From assembly GCA_013239625.1 (NCBI GenBank), contig MU054662.1, positions 13,691,798 through 13,755,797 on the forward strand: DNA of 64,000 bases, read 5' to 3'. This document shows, piece by piece, positions 52,430 through 64,000 of this stretch (its first letter is position 1; every line of letters starts with the position of its first letter). The notes below the pieces were generated by a model. The model did not search any database. It worked only from the letters and a program-made list of their open reading frames with translations, and was not told the origin of the DNA. This stretch comes from Lama guanicoe (taxonomy: Eukaryota). Position numbers and translations under genes: made by a program.

Positions 52430-54460
52430 CTCCAGCTCTCCCTAACAATTTAAAAGCAAGACCCCGAAGGATCAAGTCCAAACTGACGAGGAAAAAACAG
52501 AGAGAGAGAGAGCGGGAGATGGCCTGTAACGTAAGAAGTCACGTCACTGCAGAGTCTACAGACGGTTAAAGGGTAATAGGGAGATATTAACACGTTTATG
52601 CTGATAAAACCGACACCTTAAGTGGAAAAACATCCTCTAAGACACAAACCATCACAGGGTGCTCATGAAGAAGCAGAAAATCTGAATATATTTGTTAAAG
52701 AAACTGAAGTTTCAGTTAAAAATGTTTCCACAGTCCAGTCCCAGATGACCTCCGTGGTAAAATGCATCGAGTATTTAACAAAGAAGTAATACCAATTCCA
52801 CACAAATGCTTTTTCCAGAAATTTGAACAGGAGAGGACATTCCCAACTCAACTTGTAAGTCAAACGCAGCGCCAGAATACGTCAGAGATGGCAATTCTCC
52901 CCAGACTGGTCTATGGATTCCATGCACTCGCAGTGAAAATCCTGCTAGGTTTTTTTTTCTTTTAAGTAGAAATTGACAAACTGGTTTTAAAGTTCACATG
53001 GAAAGGCAAGTCCACACACAGCCAAGGAAGTCTGAGAAAGGAGGACAAACATAGAGAGCTAACACCACCTAATTCCAAGACTATCGCAGAGCCACCGCCA
53101 CCTCGGCAGTGTGGACTTGGCGTAAAGACGGAGAAGCGTGTCCGCGGAACAGAAGAGAGAGGCCCACACGTACACGGACAAGTGGGTTCTGTGCGAAGGC
53201 AACTCCTGGAGGAAGAACGCTCTTCAACAAGTGGTGCTGAAAACACTGCATGTCCTTCCGCAGAACAGGGGACTTCAAACCATGTCGCACAGCCCGCACC
53301 AAAATTAAACTGCGTTATAGATCTAAACACAGAACCTAAGGCTATAAACCTTTAAGAAGGATCCATAAGGGAGAAATGGATAAACTGGACTTAATTATAA
53401 TTAAAAGCTGCTCCTTGACAGACACTGTTCAGGGAATGAAAAGGCAACAAAAACTGGCAGAAAAGTATTTTCAAATATCATATGGTCACTAAAGGATTCA
53501 CGTCTAGAATATAGACAAACTCCCATAATTCAACTGTAAGAAAACAAACAACGCAATTTAAAAATTGGCAAAAGATTTGAAAACCACTTCACCAAAGAAG
53601 ACACACTGATGGCGCACGAGCACGCCTGCCCAACAGCACCAGTCACCAGGGCGGAAATGCAAGTCAGAGCCGCCGTGAGAAGCCACGAACACCTACTCAC
53701 ACGGCTAAAATCGGAGACACCGGCTGTTTTTGTGTCTACAGGATACGGAGGAACCGGAACGCTCCTGCCCTGCTGGTGGGATGGAAAACGGCACAACACA
53801 GTTTGTCCGTTTCTTAACCAGTGAAACACACACCTGGATATCAGATGATCCAGCTACTGGCCTAGGTATTTACCCGAGAGAAATGAAGATATGTGTTTAT
53901 AAAGACCTGTACACAAATGTTCACCTCAACTTTATTTTCAATATCCCCAAACTGGAAGCAACCCAAATATTGATCCACAGGTGGATGGGTGACCCAGGTG
54001 TTGTGCGTCCCTGCAATGAGATACCGTTTGGTAATAAAAGGAATGGCTTATTGATAGACACATTTGGCTGAATCTCAAAATAATTATGATAAATGAAAGA
54101 AGACAGAACAAAAGAGAGTACACACTCCATGACTCCATTTATAAGAAAGACATTACAATTGTAAATGTATATACCCTTGCAGATCTTGTAACAACCAGAT
54201 AAAATTCTAGCAATAAATTGCAAAAAAAAAAAAAAGAAAAAAAGATATTACAAGCATAAAGTAGTCATTGGTTCCCGAGGGTCCAGAAGGAGATTACAAA
54301 GGGAGCTGCCAAAGCTTGTGGGGTCCTACGGTCATTATCCTGGTGGTGATGGCTTGGTGGGTGTACGTACTTGGTGTGACTTGTCAAATTGTGCCCTTTA
54401 AGTATGGGAGGTCTATTGTATGTCAGTTATATCTCAATAAAAGTGTAAACAAAATAAAAC
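52430..54460 (+). mobile_element. Decayed L1 (L1MB-like) with internally deleted ORF2 and 3' UTR
   Basis: Remnant peptides FNKEVIPIPHKCFFQKFEQERTFP, MAILPRLVYGFHA and DPATGLGIYPREMK; terminus tgtcagttatatctcaataaaag. Confidence 0.9.
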
Positions 54461-54639
54461 AGAAGGCAAAACCAAAAACAGACCCTGAAGCAGCCCCGCG
54501 GGATTTGCACTTGGTTACACGTGGAGGACAGAGCTGGCCTCACGCAGACTAGACACCTAGGTGCTCGGGGCAGCGATGTGGGGGGTAGCGGGGCTGGTGG
54601 ATTTAGGGCTGGCACTTTTGAGGACGCTCCTTGAGGGCT

Positions 54640-55030
54640 GAGAACAAAAGCCAGGGATATCAGAAAGTTTATTTCAGGTTGTTTGGCGGCTGACAACTCA
54701 GAAATTGATATTCTGCTGGCCAAGGAGGCCAGGCACCGCCAGGAAGTTCTCAGCTTTGTTAGGACTCAGACGGCCCCCAAATGCCGCCTGTGCTAATCAG
54801 GGCTGAAGTCCTCTCACAGGTGCCAGCTCCCAGCTCTGACATCATCCTCAGGTGGCCTCGGCCCTGGGGGTGGTGGGGCTGCAGCCGGGTTTGGAAGCCG
54901 GGTCCTGATTGTGCAATCAGAGATAATTGGCTTCTAACTGATCCCATTTCTCCCCGTCCCCAGACAGGAAAAGCTGCCTCGCCTCCTTTGTTTTTAGCCC
55001 CGCGTTCCCTCACTGTCAGCTGCTGAACAT
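54640..55030. promoter_or_regulatory. Candidate enhancer (C/EBP-like palindrome plus GATA)
   Basis: Inverted repeat CTGATTG-TG-CAATCAG at 54905-54920, followed directly by AGATAA at 54921-54926. Confidence 0.3.
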
Positions 55031-55297
55031 TTTTGTCTCCTCCTGTCCTCTCGCGTCTTCCCTCCCGGACTTCACGGAGCCCTTCACTCAGCTTCGGGCT
55101 GCTGACCATTCAGTTTCCCCTCTGGCCCTCTGCCTCGCCACGGACAGCGGGTTCCCACAATGCCCCTTTCTACAAGGGCTGGCGGGTACCCTGGGGGACA
55201 GTTTCCCCTTCTGCTGCCCCAGGGCAATGCGGTGGCCCCTCTTCTGTTCCCCTTGAGGGGCAGCAACAGAGGAGCTCCTGCTCCAGACTATGTCTTT

Positions 55298-55529
55298 CTC
55301 TCTTTCTTAACTGAGGTATAGTCGGTTGCAATGTGTCCATTTCTGGTGCGCAGCATCATGTTTCAGGCATGCGTATACACACGGATATTTGTTTCCATAG
55401 TCTTTTTCATTATAGGCTACTACAAGATATTGAATATAGTTCCCTGTGCTGTACAGTATAAACTTGTTTATCTATTTTATATTTAGTAGTTACTATCTGC
55501 AAATCTCGAACTCCCAGTTTATCCCTTCC
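55298..55529 (-). mobile_element. Short young L1 3' end (camelid/cetartiodactyl-like) with 15-bp TSD
   Basis: ctacaagatattgaatatagttccctgtgctgtacag...ctcccagtttatcccttccc. TSD ccagactatgtcttt (55283-55297) and ccagactgtttcttt (55530-55544), followed by aaa. Confidence 0.88.
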
Positions 55530-57569
55530 CCAGACTGTTTCTTTAAACATCTATCCACCCATTTTCTCTTCAACTGGACAGTCAGCTTCTGAGGGGGGCT
55601 GACAGCAGCCCTCTCCCGTCCACAAGACCCCTGCATCACTGAAAAGGTTACGAGGCTTTCTGCAGAATCCTAAGTAAAGCAGAACTCTCTCATTCAGAAA
55701 AGAAAGAAAGAGCAAGCATGCCTGGGCCACAGTGACTTTCCGCATCAGTAAGACGTGTGTATGAAGCTGTTCGAGTTGTTCGTGATTCGCTGTGAAGCAT
55801 CCAACACCGCCAGGGACAAAGCACCTTACTAACCGCTGATGAATATGCACGCGCAGAAGGCGAGATAGCTCGCAGCCCTTCCAGCCGCCTGTGATAATAC
55901 ACGCGCCTGGATCATCCCCGCCGTGGAGTGGAAGCCGCAGCCTGAATCGTACCAACGCGAATCACCGCAGCCGCCCGCAGGCTTGTGCATTGTGACTTGT
56001 CTGTTGGGCCAATAAAAAGATACCCCGTTATCAGCCTTGTCCACTCAGCTATTAGGAAGGCTCCCCGGGCCTTTCACGGCCCTCCTGCGGGTCCCCACGC
56101 CCCTCTCCTGCTCACACAGCCGGCACCGCAAAGCCTGCCTTACTGCCCGCCTGCAGACGAGCCCAGGGACAGGGGCCACGGCCACCTCGAGAGTCCCGGA
56201 AACGAAATCCACATCAAATAACAGAGGGGGCTCTTCAGTGGTGAGCCGCCGCCGTCCTCCAGGGAGGCCCCCCTGGGAGTCCCGGGCGGCTGGGGGTGCA
56301 CTGGCCTCCCGTGCTGTTGGTCGTCAGAGAAGTGGAGGTGCGGGGCTGGGAGAGGGCGGCCGACGGTCCCTCCTGGAGACTCACTCCCACCCTCTCTCCT
56401 GCTCTGCTCGCCAGCCCGTAAGCTCTGTCCTGACACGTCTGCCGCAGCCCTGGTCCTCTGCCTTCTTTGCTCCGCTGGGAGCCGTGTGTGACCCTCTCCG
56501 AGGCCACGGGAGCTGAGAAGGCGTCCTGCTACCAGCTCGGCCGGGGCTCTTCCGCCCGAGCCCGACGTCCCTCAGCCGGGAGGGCCCCCCACGCGAGGAC
56601 GGGGCAGGGAACAGCAGCGAGGGGCTCAGTGACAGTTCCCTTCTTCCACCTGTGCTTTCTGGAGTTTTGTTTGTTTTTTTGTTCTGTTTCCAGACCCACC
56701 TTCTTTCTGGCACATTGTTTTATTGCACATTTCACCCAAAACTAACCAATTCTCTTCCTCTATTAACAACAGCCTCGGGCTCACTTTAGAATCACGGGAA
56801 GAAGGCAGAACCACACAATCACCAGAAGGAAACTTCTGGAAGAAGTGCTCGAGAAGGGCTGGCTCTCACAGGCGAGGCTGACTTGCTGCGGCTGGAGTCC
56901 TCGCAGTTGAAGAAAAGCACCCAGGACACGTGACCAGTGGCTGCTCCAGGCCCGGCCCGTCTCCCCTGACCTCTCAACAGCGTCCGTAATGACCAATCAC
57001 TGCTGAAGTGCTTTTACACCTGCCTGCTGGTGGGGGGCTGGGGGCGGACACAGCGGCCCTACGCTAACAGGCAGCCGGCGGGTCAGCGGCTGGGTGACCA
57101 GGCGCCAGCCCCGTGGCCCCTGTTCTCCTTCCGCAGCATCGCGCTGTCTTCCCTCGGCCTCCCAGAGACGCTCTCTCCTAAGGGTTGGGAGAGACCGGGC
57201 TCAGCTTGCGGACGGAAGGAGGGTTTCCTCTCCCGCCGCAGTGCTCTGCTCAGGTGGCCCCTGTCCCGCTGAATGTTCTGTGTTTCAGATCACCTGCCCT
57301 GTCCTGTGTGATTCTTGCAACCATTTAGGGAAGAGAATAAGATTCCCAAAATACGGACGCAGAACCTGAGGCTGCGGTGCTCAGGGCCCCGCGAGGACGC
57401 AGGGCAGGGCTGTGTCCCCTTCCCGGTCCTCGGTGTCCTTTTCTGCTCCGCTGCCTCACCCGCCCTGACACCTCCACCAACACGACACCCAAAGCAGCCT
57501 TCCTTGTTTTCTTTGGGAAAATCACACGAGGAACAAGTTGTCTTCCAGCAGCAAGAGAAACAGAGGTAA

Positions 57570-58110
57570 GCGAGCGCGGTCACCCAGACGGCAGCGCGCC
57601 AGGCACGGCCGCTGGAGAGCTCCGCGGCGGGCCGGCAGCGGTGCTGGCCGGGAAGCACCACTGCCCCCTCGCAGGCCCCTTCTGATCGTTCGCTCCCCAC
57701 CCGTATCTACTCAGAAGACCTGCGCGTCTCCCCACCTGGCGGGAGGGCCTCACTGCCAGCGCCTGCAGTTCGGGAGGCGGTGTCAGGCCGAGCGGGAGTG
57801 GGGACAAGAATCAGCGCCCCGTCCCCTTTCTACCCAGGAAGGGGGCTCCTGCGAGGAGGCGAGGCAGGGCGAGGGCGGAGGGTGATGTGGGACGCGGTGC
57901 TGGGCGGGAGGAGGGCGGCAGGAAGGGGAGAACGCGCTGGACGGGAGGTTCCAGCCCCGACGGCCACACCCAAGCCCACCTCAGACAGGGCTGGCGGCCT
58001 GAGCGGGCCCGCGGTGGGGCGTGTGTGAGCGCCTCCCCCGCACTGCAGGTCCAGGTGGTCACGGAAGGCCCCGCGGCACACGAGGGGTGGACGGCAGCGC
58101 GGAATCTTCC
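57570..58110. promoter_or_regulatory. CpG-rich island with a CTCF-like motif
   Basis: Dense CpG; the minus-strand sequence ggcctgcgagggggcagtg (57659-57677) resembles the CTCF core. Confidence 0.4.
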
Positions 58111-58359
58111 AGCACTAGCAATAGCGCTGCCTCCTCGGGGCAGGGTTGGCTTTCAGGCGATGGAGGTGGAGGGACCGGACCCCAGGAAGGGGCATGCGGT
58201 CTGGAAGAAGGCGCTCTCAGGGGAGAGGGAGGGAGAGAGAAGGAAGGAGGGAGGGGTTGGGGCCACACTGGAAGACACATTGGAAATCTAGGGTGTGGCT
58301 GGACTTTGCAGGACCTGGAATGTGTGGGCTTTAGGTGTCAGTTAAGGAAAACGTCGCAC

Positions 58360-58409
58360 TGTGTGTGCGTGTGCGTGTGTGTGCATGTGTGTGCGCACGT
58401 GTGTGTGTG
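58360..58409 (+). repeat. Imperfect (GT/GC)n alternating purine-pyrimidine tract
   Basis: tgtgtgtgcgtgtgcgtgtgtgtgcatgtgtgtgcgcacgtgtgtgtgtg. Confidence 0.9.
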
Positions 58410-60441
58410 GTGCAGAGGTTGGCAACTTGTGAGAGTGTTTTAGGGGATATCATTTCTCAGTGAAAGAAAATGGTCATCAGAAACCTGCCTCTAAAAAGGT
58501 GAACTATTTTGGGAAAACAATTAGGACGGAAGCCCTCAAAAAACCTGCCTATTTCCAGGACCCAAAAGGCCAAAAGCACCGTTAATGTAAAGGATGATTT
58601 TGTCATCACTGGTTCAGGGCCCATTTAACAACAGGAAGCTTTTTTTGTGGAAATGTCCCCCCAGAAAAAGAAAGAGGGAGAGAGGAATATTTTTATAGAG
58701 CGTTTAGCTGAGCCTCTCTTTGAAAATGTTTCTCATTCTTGGCTTTTCCTGATGAGGTCACGTCTGATGGACTGTCCTGCCTGGAAAAGGCGCTCGCACT
58801 TCTGGGAGGAAAAGGAGTTTCTTTGGGATAAACAGTGTTCTTATTCTGTTGACTCATTTATTTTTTTAACTGTTTAAAATCGAGGCCTACATAATTCTGG
58901 AATTCTACTCAGGCACAAAGAAGAACAATAATTCTGTATTTTTACTATTAAATGTGCTGACATGTTTTCGCTTTTTCGTGTGTTTTAAACAAGGAGGGTT
59001 GACCAATGAGTGAAAGGCGGGTCAGGGAGTTCCAGGGGCCTCCCACCGGCTCGGTGCTCGGGCGCAGGCGCGTCGTGCTGGCCGTGTCTGCCGGGTTCCT
59101 GACCCTGAGCTCACATACCCCTGCTTCCAGGTCACGTTGCTTTGGGAACCTTCTCTGAATGCCAAGGGCCCACGAAGCAGGCCCACGGCCCGGTCTGCAG
59201 TGAGGCTCCTTGCGACTTAACATTCTCTCTCCTCCTGGGAAAAAGGCCCGCGTGTGTGTTCACGTCATGTTCCTCCCCTTTCCATTTGGGGCGACGTCTC
59301 ACACTTCAGCAGTAAATTGCACCTCCTAGCAACATCAGAAGCTCTTAAGTTTGCCAGGAAGATCGACCTCCAGAGAAAGTGGGAACAGTCTAGAGAGGTT
59401 TGCAAACAGAAAATTACACACACGTGAAGTTAAAACAGGTTCGTTGTAAGAGTCCTTTGTGAGAAAGTGGGGGTGCCTCTGTGCAGGGAAGGTAGCTGTG
59501 GGGGGGGATCCTGGCAGCCTCCTGTCTGCGCCCCCCTGACCCTGGCCCCCGCAGCACAGATCCTCTGTGGTGGCCCGGACGGCTAGGACTTGCTTCTGAT
59601 TTGCAGAGTGCTCCCTAACCTCTCAAAATCAAGTCTCTTCATCTGACAAGTAGGACCATCTGCTCAGTTCCCTGCTTGTGACTCCACGGTATACAACGTG
59701 CCTTCCGTCACCATTCTTCCTCCTCAACCTGGATCACCGCATCCTATTCGTGCCTGAAAGAAAGACTCTCCTCCCATGGGTGGGGGAACACCGCTCCCCC
59801 GACCCCAGCAGGTGCTACAGGCTGTAAGGCTCCAAAGCCACGCCCTAGAGGGAAGCCCGCAGGTCCCCCGCGACGGCGCTCCTGGAGATGCTCCTGTGAC
59901 GCACTTGCCTCTGCTGGGCTCTGCACCATTTCTGGGGCTGTTCCACTGGGAGGAAGTCTCTTCCCATTTAGAAACTCACAGAGTGTCACCACGACCTAAG
60001 CGTCTCCTCTCTGGTCAAAGGAACAGCCTCTGAATGTTACGTACGTGGAGGGTTCCCCAACTTACGGAAGGACGCCTCTCGTAGGAATTTGTTTGCTGAT
60101 TGTACGGAGCACAGTGTGGACTTGGGCTGTTAGGGATTGTCAGGGTTCTCCCCTGGATGACAAAAATAATTTTAACCCTTAATATTACTGAAAGACTCTC
60201 ATGTAGTCCTGCTACACTAATAATTAAGCAACATGAGAAAACAATGAACTAAATTAATCTCCCTTCTTTGAAAGTTCGTTGAGGGTAGAAACTGCATCAT
60301 ACCTTCCTCGCTTGACTCACCAGCAGCGACACCCACACAGGGCGGACCGTGCGCCACGTCCTGTCCAAAGGCTCCAAACGCAGTGAGTAACGGAACCCTC
60401 CGCCGACCTAACGAGGCCGAGGCTCTGTGCTGCCTCCCCCA

Positions 60442-60564
60442 GGCAGGTGCAGTCACCGGGCACTCGATGGTCAGCACCAATTCTTCGTGTCTTCTACCAA
60501 AAGAATAATTTTCTCAACATGTTTTTAGGGCAGGTGCAGTCACCGGGCACTTGATGGTCAGCAC
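60442..60564 (+). repeat. 36-bp direct repeat flanking a 50-bp templated insert
   Basis: ggcaggtgcagtcaccgggcact(c/t)gatggtcagcac at 60442-60477 and 60529-60564; insert 60477-60526 is identical to 61939-61988. Confidence 0.97.
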
Positions 60565-61379
60565 GCGGTGAAGCTGGACTGTGGGCCGGCGGGAAAGAGC
60601 ACTACAGAGGTGCCTGCTGAGCACAGAGACGTGAAAAAGCGCTTCCATTTGGGTGCCGACACTCTGAAACGGGTGCCTGCTGGGGAGACGTGGGGCGGGT
60701 GAGCTGGCCCTTCCACGGGAGCGTCTGGTGTCGCAGAGGCAGTGGGCGGGGGGCTGCTGCTGCCCTGCTTTCCCACCCGAATGCCGGGCTTGGGTTTTCC
60801 AGGAGTGGGTGCCGGGCTAAGGCTTGTCCCCAGGCCAGTCACGGTCAGTCTTTTACGTTTTCCCTGCAGATGGAGATTAAGGGGAGCAAGTGTGGTTTTC
60901 CTGAGGTGACTGGACGTCTCAGCAAGACGAAGGAAAGGAGGAAACAGCGTGAGTCTGAGGAGACAGTGTGAAGTGTCACTGCAGGAGGTGGAGGGAGGCA
61001 GGGAGGAAGGGAAGGACGGTCCCCGTCCTGGTTGAACTTTCCCTGGAGTCGCGCGTCCACCACACACGTCTCGACTGGCACCCTCCACTCCTGCCTCTGG
61101 ACCCAGCCCTACAAAACACACACGTGCTTTCTCTCTTTCTCTTGTTCTCCCTCGACCTTCGGACCAGATCCTCTGTGTGCAGAGCTGGATCAAGCAGGTA
61201 TGCAGGTGCTGAGGACGACATAGCCTTTCTCCCCGTGGGTCCCTGGGTCCACTCTGGACGAGGACGCCCAGCTCTCTTCCACTCTCCTCATTTCCTACGA
61301 CTCTGTGCTCCATAACCGTCACTTCTACACCACGACTCCACACGTCTCTCGGGGGCCCCAAACGTCCCTGCCTCCTGGG

Positions 61380-62400
61380 CGCTGCAGCTGGGCGCTCCCT
61401 GCCGAGAGCTGAAACCTGCTTTTGCTCCCGGAGGAGGATAAACTCCTCAACCATTAGCATGACCACCACCTCCATCCACTCTCACCTGAAACTCTGCACA
61501 CCTGAGGCTAGAATTACCCTCTCCCCCTCCTTACAATTTTGTCCCCCTAATTTCCTTAACAATATGCTGCTTCTAGAATCGTCCAGGATGAAAATGTGGA
61601 TAAACACTCCATCTTTCCTTTATCCCCTAAATCTGAGCTGTCGCCAAACCTGACCCAACCCTCCTGCACCATCTCTGCCTCTTCTGTCTTCCCTGGTCTC
61701 TCACTGTCACCACCTCGACCGTCAGGCTGTTCCCATCACTATGCCAAGTTCCTGGCGTTTGAGAGCCTGGCCTTGGTGGGTCAGAGCCCACACTCTGCCT
61801 TTCTTAGAGCAATTCAGCGAAATAGCAGTGGTGCAGACCACACCGAGCAGCTGACGTGATGGAGCAGTCCCACGGCGCCTTCTCAGGCATCAGTAGTCAC
61901 CACCAAAATTACTGCTTCTCTCTGGCTTCACATCTCTCCCAATTCTTCGTGTCTTCTACCAAAAGAATAATTTTCTCAACATGTTTTTCTGACCAAACAA
62001 CTTCACTAATCTAAACCACAAAAGTTGCCCCAGTGTTTAATAAATAAAATGAAACCCCTGCGGCCTGGCACTCGGCGTCCCCTCGGCACGTCCCCTCACC
62101 CGACTGTCTCTGCTCCGCTCGGGTCCCGGTGACTGGCTGGCGGCTCCCAGGACCGGTGTCCACGCCACCTCTGCTGTTTTGACGTCAGCCCCGCATCAGA
62201 TGGAGCCTGGACCGCAAAGCTGTGCGGCGGCAGCCCCGTCTGTCACTGCTCCTCCCTCCTCGGGCCCCGTTTTGCGTCTGCATCAGCACTGCGGACTCGG
62301 TGCTAACTGCGTACTGTCTCTATTGTCTTCATCTCTAGACTCCAAAGCCTAGAGGTTCTGAGACCTGATTTTACTCACCGCTGTGGCCCTGTCAGCATGC
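61380..62400 (+). mobile_element. L2 LINE remnant (patchy)
   Basis: ccatccactctcacctgaaactctgcac, ctagaatcgtccagg and tattgtcttcatctctagactccaaagcctagagg resemble the L2 3' region. Confidence 0.55.
61939..61988 (+). repeat. Donor of the 50-bp insert at 60477-60526
   Basis: ccaattcttcgtgtcttctaccaaaagaataattttctcaacatgttttt, 50/50 identical. Confidence 0.97.
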
Positions 62401-62879
62401 GGCACACAGCAGGCGCTCCGTGACTTCTGTTACAGGTGAATGAGATGCTTATCTCTGCAGAAAGCCTAGGTGGTCGATGGACAAGGCCGTGGCATGAAGG
62501 GGACCCGCGCACAGGTGGCGTGGTGGAGAGGCAGCTGCGATGACGGCATTCTGATGGCTTCAGGCCCCCATCCCAGCTCTTCTTCTCCAGGACTGGCTGT
62601 GGGACGCGCTCTGGGCAGAGAACGCTAAGGGCCTTTTCACGCCCCTGGACCACACACCCTTCGACGTGAACAGAACTGTGAGGCCTGGCACGGGCCAGGC
62701 TGGCTAAAGTCCCCAGATGTGGTTGGGGACCACAGGGCAGCCACAGGGTGTCCTGGTTACCTGCTCTGAGGGATGGCCTTCGCGAGTGGGTCTGACCACA
62801 GAGCCCAGCGGGTCCTGCACGGGTGCCTGGAGGAGGCGGGGCCACCCATTTGCTGGATAGAATGACGATGACGTTTGAG

Positions 62880-63800
62880 CAGAACGGTGCCGTGACCGAG
62901 CCGGGGTGGGCTGGCTGGTCCGCAGGGGCCACACGAGGTGCACGGCCGAGTTCCCTTACACCTAGGCAGACCCCGTCATCACTTCTCCCAAAAGCGGCGT
63001 GAGCAAGATGCCGCGGCAGCTCCCGGCCCAGGCGCGCTCCCCCCAGCCTCGCTGGTCAAGTGGCCGCGCAGCCCTGAGGCTCAATGTCCGAGTGCGGCAG
63101 AGCCACGGCTGGAGGGGCCTGACGCCCAGCATCACCCTCCGGGTACAGTGACATGGGGGCGGGGAGACACAGGTGTTTTTGCCCGAAGAGCTAAGATCTG
63201 TGGGCTGTTCCCTGTTACACTTAGTTACTCAGAGACACTGTTCAAAGCACTTCCCCAAATCCACGCCCCTTTCTTTGTGAGGAGAGGGGCGTGTGCCTGG
63301 CCGGGGCCTCGCCACCAGAAGCCAGGACTTCCGCAGGAGAACCTGTGTGCTTCTCTCTCCGCTGCACCACAGGCTCGCTCCCCGGCGCTGAAAGCTGGTC
63401 ACGGGCGCTGTCATTGCCTCCTCCGCCGCCGGCCTGCAGCTCCGGGGGACCCGCCGTCGCTCTTCTCGAGAGGCGGGAAGAGGCAGGAGCGCAGGGGCGG
63501 AGGGCTCTCGAGACGCCGCTCCGAGAAGACGGAGGACGGCTGGCGGGCCCTCGAGCACTTGCTGTTTTGTCTGGTTCTTGTTCTGATTCTCGAAGTGAAG
63601 AGACGCCACTTAGCCGGGGGCCGCCTGCCTCCTCGTATCCCGCTCTCTCTCCCGACGAGGACTTGGAGGGGAATTTCAAGACGTGCGTGTAGGCAGGGAG
63701 GAGAGGGGCTGCTGGCAGGAACGGGGAGACGCAGCGGCCCGCCTCTCTGGGCTGCACGCTCCCTTGGATGGCGGCCGGGGATTAATCAGGGTCCGGTCCC
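62880..63800. promoter_or_regulatory. CpG-rich island
   Basis: High GC with dense CpG; no linked exon recognised. Confidence 0.4.
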
Positions 63801-64000
63801 CCTGCCACACATCCTGAGTGGAGCCTGGCTTGTGACCAACGTCACCCAGCAACGCGGCGTCCTTCCCTGACCGTCTTCCCCCACAACCTTCTTCCTCCCC
63901 TTTCTGCCTTTCTCAGCAGTGGTGAGTTCACTCCTTCAACGGGCTGGTGTGCCAGTTTCAACTACCTCCCAATCCAGAATGGGCGCGACAGACCCGCCAG

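Noticed and set aside
55720-56050. CpG-rich, mid-GC stretch resembling foreign or coding DNA, or an LTR (AATAAA near 56011)
   Set aside because: Stops interrupt the protein-like frame, no LTR termini or family recognised, and CpG excess is general in this window.
60442-60564. CRISPR-like repeat-spacer-repeat with a self-matching spacer
   Set aside because: Only two repeats, mammalian context, no cas genes or leader; local templated duplication explains it.
60558-63870. 305-aa and 310-aa ORFs
   Set aside because: GC-rich low-complexity translations; one overlaps an L2 remnant; no domains.

Overview
Mammalian genomic DNA, very GC- and CpG-rich (subtelomere-like), with an AT-richer block at about 29.6-38 kb. 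One young L1 3' end resembles camelid L1s as I recall them, so a camelid or other cetartiodactyl origin is an inference only. I recognise no intact protein-coding gene; the long ORFs in the track look like GC-content or repeat artefacts. Recognisable content: L1, L2, MIR, MER20 and LTR relics (families assigned from memory, coordinates approximate), CpG islands, candidate enhancers, simple repeats, a 64-N gap and a possible decayed pseudogene of unidentified parent. The most notable signal seen directly is three independent short insertions copied in direct orientation from 1.3-2.2 kb away. They are about 104 bp into an L1, 172 bp into a MER20, and 50 bp between a 36-bp duplication, at roughly 85%, 98% and 100% identity. 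There is also a TSD-bounded L1 with a twin-priming 5' inversion. I found no convincing new gene system.
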